A DNA stretch of 30,570 nt from Pseudobacteriovorax sp. (GTDB lineage Bacteria > Bdellovibrionota_B > Oligoflexia > Oligoflexales > Oligoflexaceae): the NCBI GenBank assembly GCA_050293845.1, contig JBNKNM010000048.1:1-30570 (forward strand). The letters run 5' to 3'. Both the position numbers and the translations under genes were made by a program. This document shows, piece after piece, positions 26,546 to 30,570 of the stretch. The notes beneath the pieces are model-generated. The model worked only from the letters and a program-made list of their open reading frames with translations. It had not been told where the DNA came from and did no database searches. The stretch's first letter is position 1. Every line of letters begins with the position of its first letter.

Positions 26546-29500
26546 CTACTGAACGGTAGCTCCTTCCAACTGCCTAGCTGCCATGTCATCTTTAAAGGAT
26601 TTCTGTAAATGAGCTGGCAGGTCTTTTTTCATATCCACTCCCACCACAGTCGAAACTCCCCCTTCCTGCATGGTCACGCCATACAGCTGATCCAGCGCTT
26701 CCATAGTACGGCGATTATGGGTAATCACTATAAATTGGAAGCGATCCGATAGCGCTGTAAGCACCTTATTATAACGGCCCACATTAGCTTCATCGAGAGG
26801 GGCATCTACCTCATCAAGAAAGCAAAAAGGCGTAGGCTTGGTTTTGAGAAGGGCGAATATAAGGGAAATAGCGGTTAGAGCTTTTTCACCACCAGAATAT
26901 AGCGTCATACTTCGTGGTGTTTTCCCCGGCATACGAACCATAATTTCAACGCCTGCATTGAGCATATCCTCTTCGTCTGTGAGATGTAGTTTCGCTTCAC
27001 CTCCTGGGAATAGGATAGGAAACAGATCTTGGAAATTATTGTTTACGGTTTCAAAAATACTTGCAAACTTTTCCCGCGAAGTATCTTCGATTTCCATAAT
27101 GGCCTCTTCGAGAAGTAGTATACTCCCCGTCACCTCCTCGCGCTGGCCGTGAATAAATTCGTAACGTTCTTGCAAGCGATGATACTCTTCGATGGCTATC
27201 ATATTGATAGCACCTAAGTTTTCGATCTTATTCTTAAGAGCTTGTACCTTCTCTTTTACCGTAACAGCATTCATGTTGCTATCATAGTCAAACTGATAAG
27301 TCATTAAATCAACGCGATATTTTTCCTTTGTATCTTCAATAAGCGTCTTCACCGACTGGCGGATACGCTCGATTTCTGCTTGCTTTTTAACAAGCCCCGT
27401 TTGCAACTCTGATTGGGCTTTCCGCGAGCTTTTTAGCCGGGTCTCCACAGCTTTTAGAGCATCTAAGATATCAGCGCTTTTTTCACGCCTGACGCCAAGC
27501 TCTTCTTCCAGTTCGTCGCGTCTATGTAGATACACTTCCATTTCTTGGCGGGACTGTGCCTTAGCGATTTCACTTTGCTGGATTTGTTGCTCAATATTAA
27601 GGCGTTCCTCGCGACGTCGCTGTACACCACCTTCAGCTCTTTCCAATTGTTGCGAATTTTGCTCCAGAGATTCCTTCAAACTATGGACACGGGTTTCTAT
27701 TTTCGCCAGATCAACTTCATTATTTTGCAGCATGCGCCGCACTTCCTCTTTACGATCGCCTATGGATTCAAATTCTTCTTGCAGGCTCTCTATCTCGTAT
27801 TCCAGGTTTTCTTTTTCTTGACCTATAGAAATACGCGCATCACCTAGTTCTTCTAATTCGAGCATGAGTTCACGATCTCTCTGCTCCAGCTCTGCAATCA
27901 TCCTCTGGGCATCTCCCAGTAGCTCGTTCTGGTGAGTTTGATTTTGCTTAATAGTTTGCAACCCTGAAATAGTCTCCAGGACCAATTTATTTTTTTCATC
28001 AACAAGCTGTTGGGTATCATTCAAAGCAAGTTTGAGTTCTTCTAATCGAGCCTGTCCTTCTGTAAGATGTTGATCAATTGTGGTGATTTCTTGCTCATAA
28101 TGAGCGATTATACCGTACAAATCTTCAATTTCGGCACGTCGAGACAACTTTCCCTGACCCTGCTTTTGCGCTTGAATTACAAAATCCAAATCTCCAGTGT
28201 AGATAATTCCTTCAGAAGTAAATGTAACAATACCCTGTGGAATATCATCTTTAACCTGAGCCAAGGAGTAGGATGGCTTTAAGATAAAGAGGCGACCCAC
28301 AACGCTTTGCAGTGCCGTTGAACTATTTTTCAGTTGCAGATAATTTCCCAAGGCTTCCAGAGCTGGGTTTTCTACAGCAATAACTTTATTATCAACAAAG
28401 GACACTGGTAACGTTCCCAGTCTTTCTTGAGACATCACCCTAGCTATACGATCCAAGTTCGATTGTGAATCAACGACAATCCTTTCTGCCCAGGTTTCAA
28501 AAACAGATTTTACGGTCTCACTTAAGTCAGCCGCTTGATCGCCATACTCGATCAAATCACTCAGTACCCCTATCATAAGCTGGTTAATCTGGGGGGTTGA
28601 TTGACTCAACTGATCTAATGTTTCCTCAATACTGTTATCCTGCTCTTCTAAAATCAGTAGGGATTGATGCCGGGATTTAGCTTCAAGATACTGTTCACGA
28701 ACGTTCTCGCGCTGCGTACGTTTCAGCTCCATATCCCCATGAACGGCTTCGATTTGTTCTGTAAGAGAGTGTTTTTTAGCCAGGCATTCATCAAGCCTGT
28801 ACTGTTTGCTAGCAACGTCTTTCTGTTGCTCTTCAATCTGTTCATTAGTACTGGTGAGGCCTTCATGAATCTGCGTCAGCCGATGATGTCTCTGCTCAAT
28901 ATCGTTCCGAATCCTCTGCCTTTCCCTATCAATGGTTTCACAACGGATACCATTGTTTTCTAATAGTCGATCCAAACTTCGCAGTTGGTCATTGAGTTCG
29001 TCGGAACGATTTTCGAAGACCTGTGCTGATTCTTCAACCTCATCGACCTCTAAACGAAAGCTCTCTATTCTGTCTTTACAATCTTCGAGATTTTGTGAGG
29101 CCTTATCATAATCTGCCATGGTCTTTGCCACCTGAGATCTCAAAATATCCAATCCTTCATTGTCATTATCAATGGATTGGTCGATCTCTAAAAGCCTCTT
29201 TTCACCAGACTCCATAGCTGCCATTGCTGTAGCAATGGTTCCCTCAGCACGGGCTATTTGCTCCCGCAGCAAAGAAATATTTTCTCTTATCTGATCCAGT
29301 TCAGGATCGGCTTCTGCTAAAGCTCTTTGGAGCTTTTCAACCTCCACTTCCAGTTGAGAAACTTCACTAACTAAGGCAACTTCCTTATCGGTGTCCTTGT
29401 CGTTTTGCTCCACTAACTCCTGTAAGGTTGCCGTAGAACGCACAAAATTATGAGCAAAAAGATTTAGCTCTGTCTCCTTAAGCTCATTGTTGAACTGTTG

Positions 29501-30160
29501 CCATAGCTCGGCCTTTTCCACCTGACCTTGCAGAGCCTCTAGTTGACGCTCCAGTTCTCCTACTATATCTTCAATACGACTGAGGTTATCTTGAGTCGTC
29601 TCCAGCTTCTTGATCGCTGCAGCACGCCGATTTTTAAAAACCATCGTACCTGCGGCTTCTTCAAGGATCTCACGCACATCCTCGGGCTTTGCATTGAGGA
29701 TACGATCTACCTGACCCTGCTGGATCATGGAATAACTGCGTCCCCCGAGTCCACTAGTAGCAAAAAAGCCCACAATATCTTTCAACCGACAGCTTTTGCG
29801 GTTGATCAAATACTCCCTTTGCCCATCAACGTAGAGCCGTCGTGTTAAGGATATTTCCGGCTCATGACGATACTCTGGGGGGCAATAAGGACTGATATCG
29901 GCATTATCGAAGACCAGGGTTACCTCAGCCATACCCAGGGCTTTCCTCTTATCGGAGCCAGCGAAAATAATATCAGTAGCAATCTGGCCGCGCAAATGCT
30001 TAGCATTCTGCTCGCCCATAACCCATCTTACGGCATCAATGACATTGGATTTACCGCTACCATTGGGGCCCACAATACCAGTGATCCCATCGTCAAAGTT
30101 TAGGATCACCTTGTCGGCAAAGGATTTAAAACCAGATACGACGAGTTTTTTCAGCTGCAT
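26546..30160 (-). CDS. smc: Chromosome segregation ATPase SMC
   Basis: GFKSFAD, Walker A GPNGSGKSN, Q-loop IQQG, long coiled coils with central hinge, signature YSGGE, Walker B FLDEVDAPLD and ITH. Confidence 0.97.
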   Translation of the reverse strand: MQLKKLVVSGFKSFADKVILNFDDGITGIVGPNGSGKSNVIDAVRWVMGEQNAKHLRGQIATDIIFAGSDKRKALGMAEVTLVFDNADISPYCPPEYRHEPEISLTRRLYVDGQREYLINRKSCRLKDIVGFFATSGLGGRSYSMIQQGQVDRILNAKPEDVREILEEAAGTMVFKNRRAAAIKKLETTQDNLSRIEDIVGELERQLEALQGQVEKAELWQQFNNELKETELNLFAHNFVRSTATLQELVEQNDKDTDKEVALVSEVSQLEVEVEKLQRALAEADPELDQIRENISLLREQIARAEGTIATAMAAMESGEKRLLEIDQSIDNDNEGLDILRSQVAKTMADYDKASQNLEDCKDRIESFRLEVDEVEESAQVFENRSDELNDQLRSLDRLLENNGIRCETIDRERQRIRNDIEQRHHRLTQIHEGLTSTNEQIEEQQKDVASKQYRLDECLAKKHSLTEQIEAVHGDMELKRTQRENVREQYLEAKSRHQSLLILEEQDNSIEETLDQLSQSTPQINQLMIGVLSDLIEYGDQAADLSETVKSVFETWAERIVVDSQSNLDRIARVMSQERLGTLPVSFVDNKVIAVENPALEALGNYLQLKNSSTALQSVVGRLFILKPSYSLAQVKDDIPQGIVTFTSEGIIYTGDLDFVIQAQKQGQGKLSRRAEIEDLYGIIAHYEQEITTIDQHLTEGQARLEELKLALNDTQQLVDEKNKLVLETISGLQTIKQNQTHQNELLGDAQRMIAELEQRDRELMLELEELGDARISIGQEKENLEYEIESLQEEFESIGDRKEEVRRMLQNNEVDLAKIETRVHSLKESLEQNSQQLERAEGGVQRRREERLNIEQQIQQSEIAKAQSRQEMEVYLHRRDELEEELGVRREKSADILDALKAVETRLKSSRKAQSELQTGLVKKQAEIERIRQSVKTLIEDTKEKYRVDLMTYQFDYDSNMNAVTVKEKVQALKNKIENLGAINMIAIEEYHRLQERYEFIHGQREEVTGSILLLEEAIMEIEDTSREKFASIFETVNNNFQDLFPILFPGGEAKLHLTDEEDMLNAGVEIMVRMPGKTPRSMTLYSGGEKALTAISLIFALLKTKPTPFCFLDEVDAPLDEANVGRYNKVLTALSDRFQFIVITHNRRTMEALDQLYGVTMQEGGVSTVVGVDMKKDLPAHLQKSFKDDMAARQLEGATVQ

Positions 30161-30199
30161 GTTTCTTACTAACCGTTCTTTAAATTTAAAACCTTATAC

Positions 30200-30570
30200 T
30201 TAATCTATGATCGTGGGCTCACCTTGATCATCTATCCCTTTATAACTATCAATGGGAAACAGCATGATCGTATCCCCATAAAACGAGCAGGTTGCGAGAT
30301 AATTGTTATTTTCTGTAACGGCCAATTGGTAGGCCGACTCATTGAAATCCGCTCCTTGCCAGCGATAGGGAACAAATCTATCACTCCCTGGAGTCGTCAA
30401 GGACTTGGCATCAATGGCGTAGAGTCGGCTGCTGGGATCGAAATATGCTTCATCACGGAACTGGTTCACAATCAAAAAGGATTCGCCGTTAATATCGATG
30501 AACTCAAAATCTCCTGGGTAGGCATCTTTCTCTATGTGGGTCACCCCTGAAACCCGCTCAAAAGATAGGA
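30200..30570 (-). CDS. 3' part of a gene truncated by the window edge; beta-rich, possibly beta-propeller
   Basis: The frame stays open from 30544 to the window end (LSFERVSG…); blade-like segments YQLAVTENNNYLATCSFYGDTIMLF. Confidence 0.7.
   Translation of the reverse strand, partial: LSFERVSGVTHIEKDAYPGDFEFIDINGESFLIVNQFRDEAYFDPSSRLYAIDAKSLTTPGSDRFVPYRWQGADFNESAYQLAVTENNNYLATCSFYGDTIMLFPIDSYKGIDDQGEPTIID

Noticed and set aside
26838..30550. Numerous short + strand ORFs opposite smc and the last gene, and similar shadow ORFs opposite the flagellar genes
   Set aside because: They are antisense or alternate-frame shadows of well-supported genes and have no motifs or RBSs.
1..30570. CRISPR arrays, tRNA/rRNA genes, IS elements, integrases or defence genes
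   Set aside because: No regularly spaced repeats, cloverleaf or rRNA signatures, or transposase/recombinase motifs were seen by eye.

Overview
Bacterial chromosomal window; gene order and protein style suggest Bdellovibrionota/Oligoflexia or a related deltaproteobacteria-like lineage (inference only). The centre (6081-18559, minus strand) is a compact polar-flagellum export/switch operon: fliL-fliM-fliN-fliO-fliP-fliQ-fliR-flhB-flhA-flhF-flhG-fliA-cheY, then a degenerate PilZ gene and a DUF2802/FipA-like gene. It is preceded by a sigma54-type promoter and two GTC-N8-GAC enhancer-like boxes. To its left are two paralogous receiver-TPR genes whose three receiver domains all lack the phospho-acceptor Asp (Pro, Glu, Ala instead), each with a sigma28-like promoter, plus an LPG-synthase-TM/flippase-like gene and an alpha/beta hydrolase. 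Divergent from fliL is a unit of two porin-like beta-barrel genes and a lipoprotein monoheme cytochrome c. The right part holds lysC (with a probable nested beta-subunit start), hldD, a hairpin-rich intergenic region, two hypothetical genes, a YbeD-like gene and an smc with a degenerate hinge glycine motif. No rRNA, tRNA, CRISPR array or mobile element was recognised. The best candidates for undescribed biology are the phosphorylation-independent pseudo-receiver/TPR pair and the porin-porin-cytochrome c unit that shares a control region with the flagellar operon.
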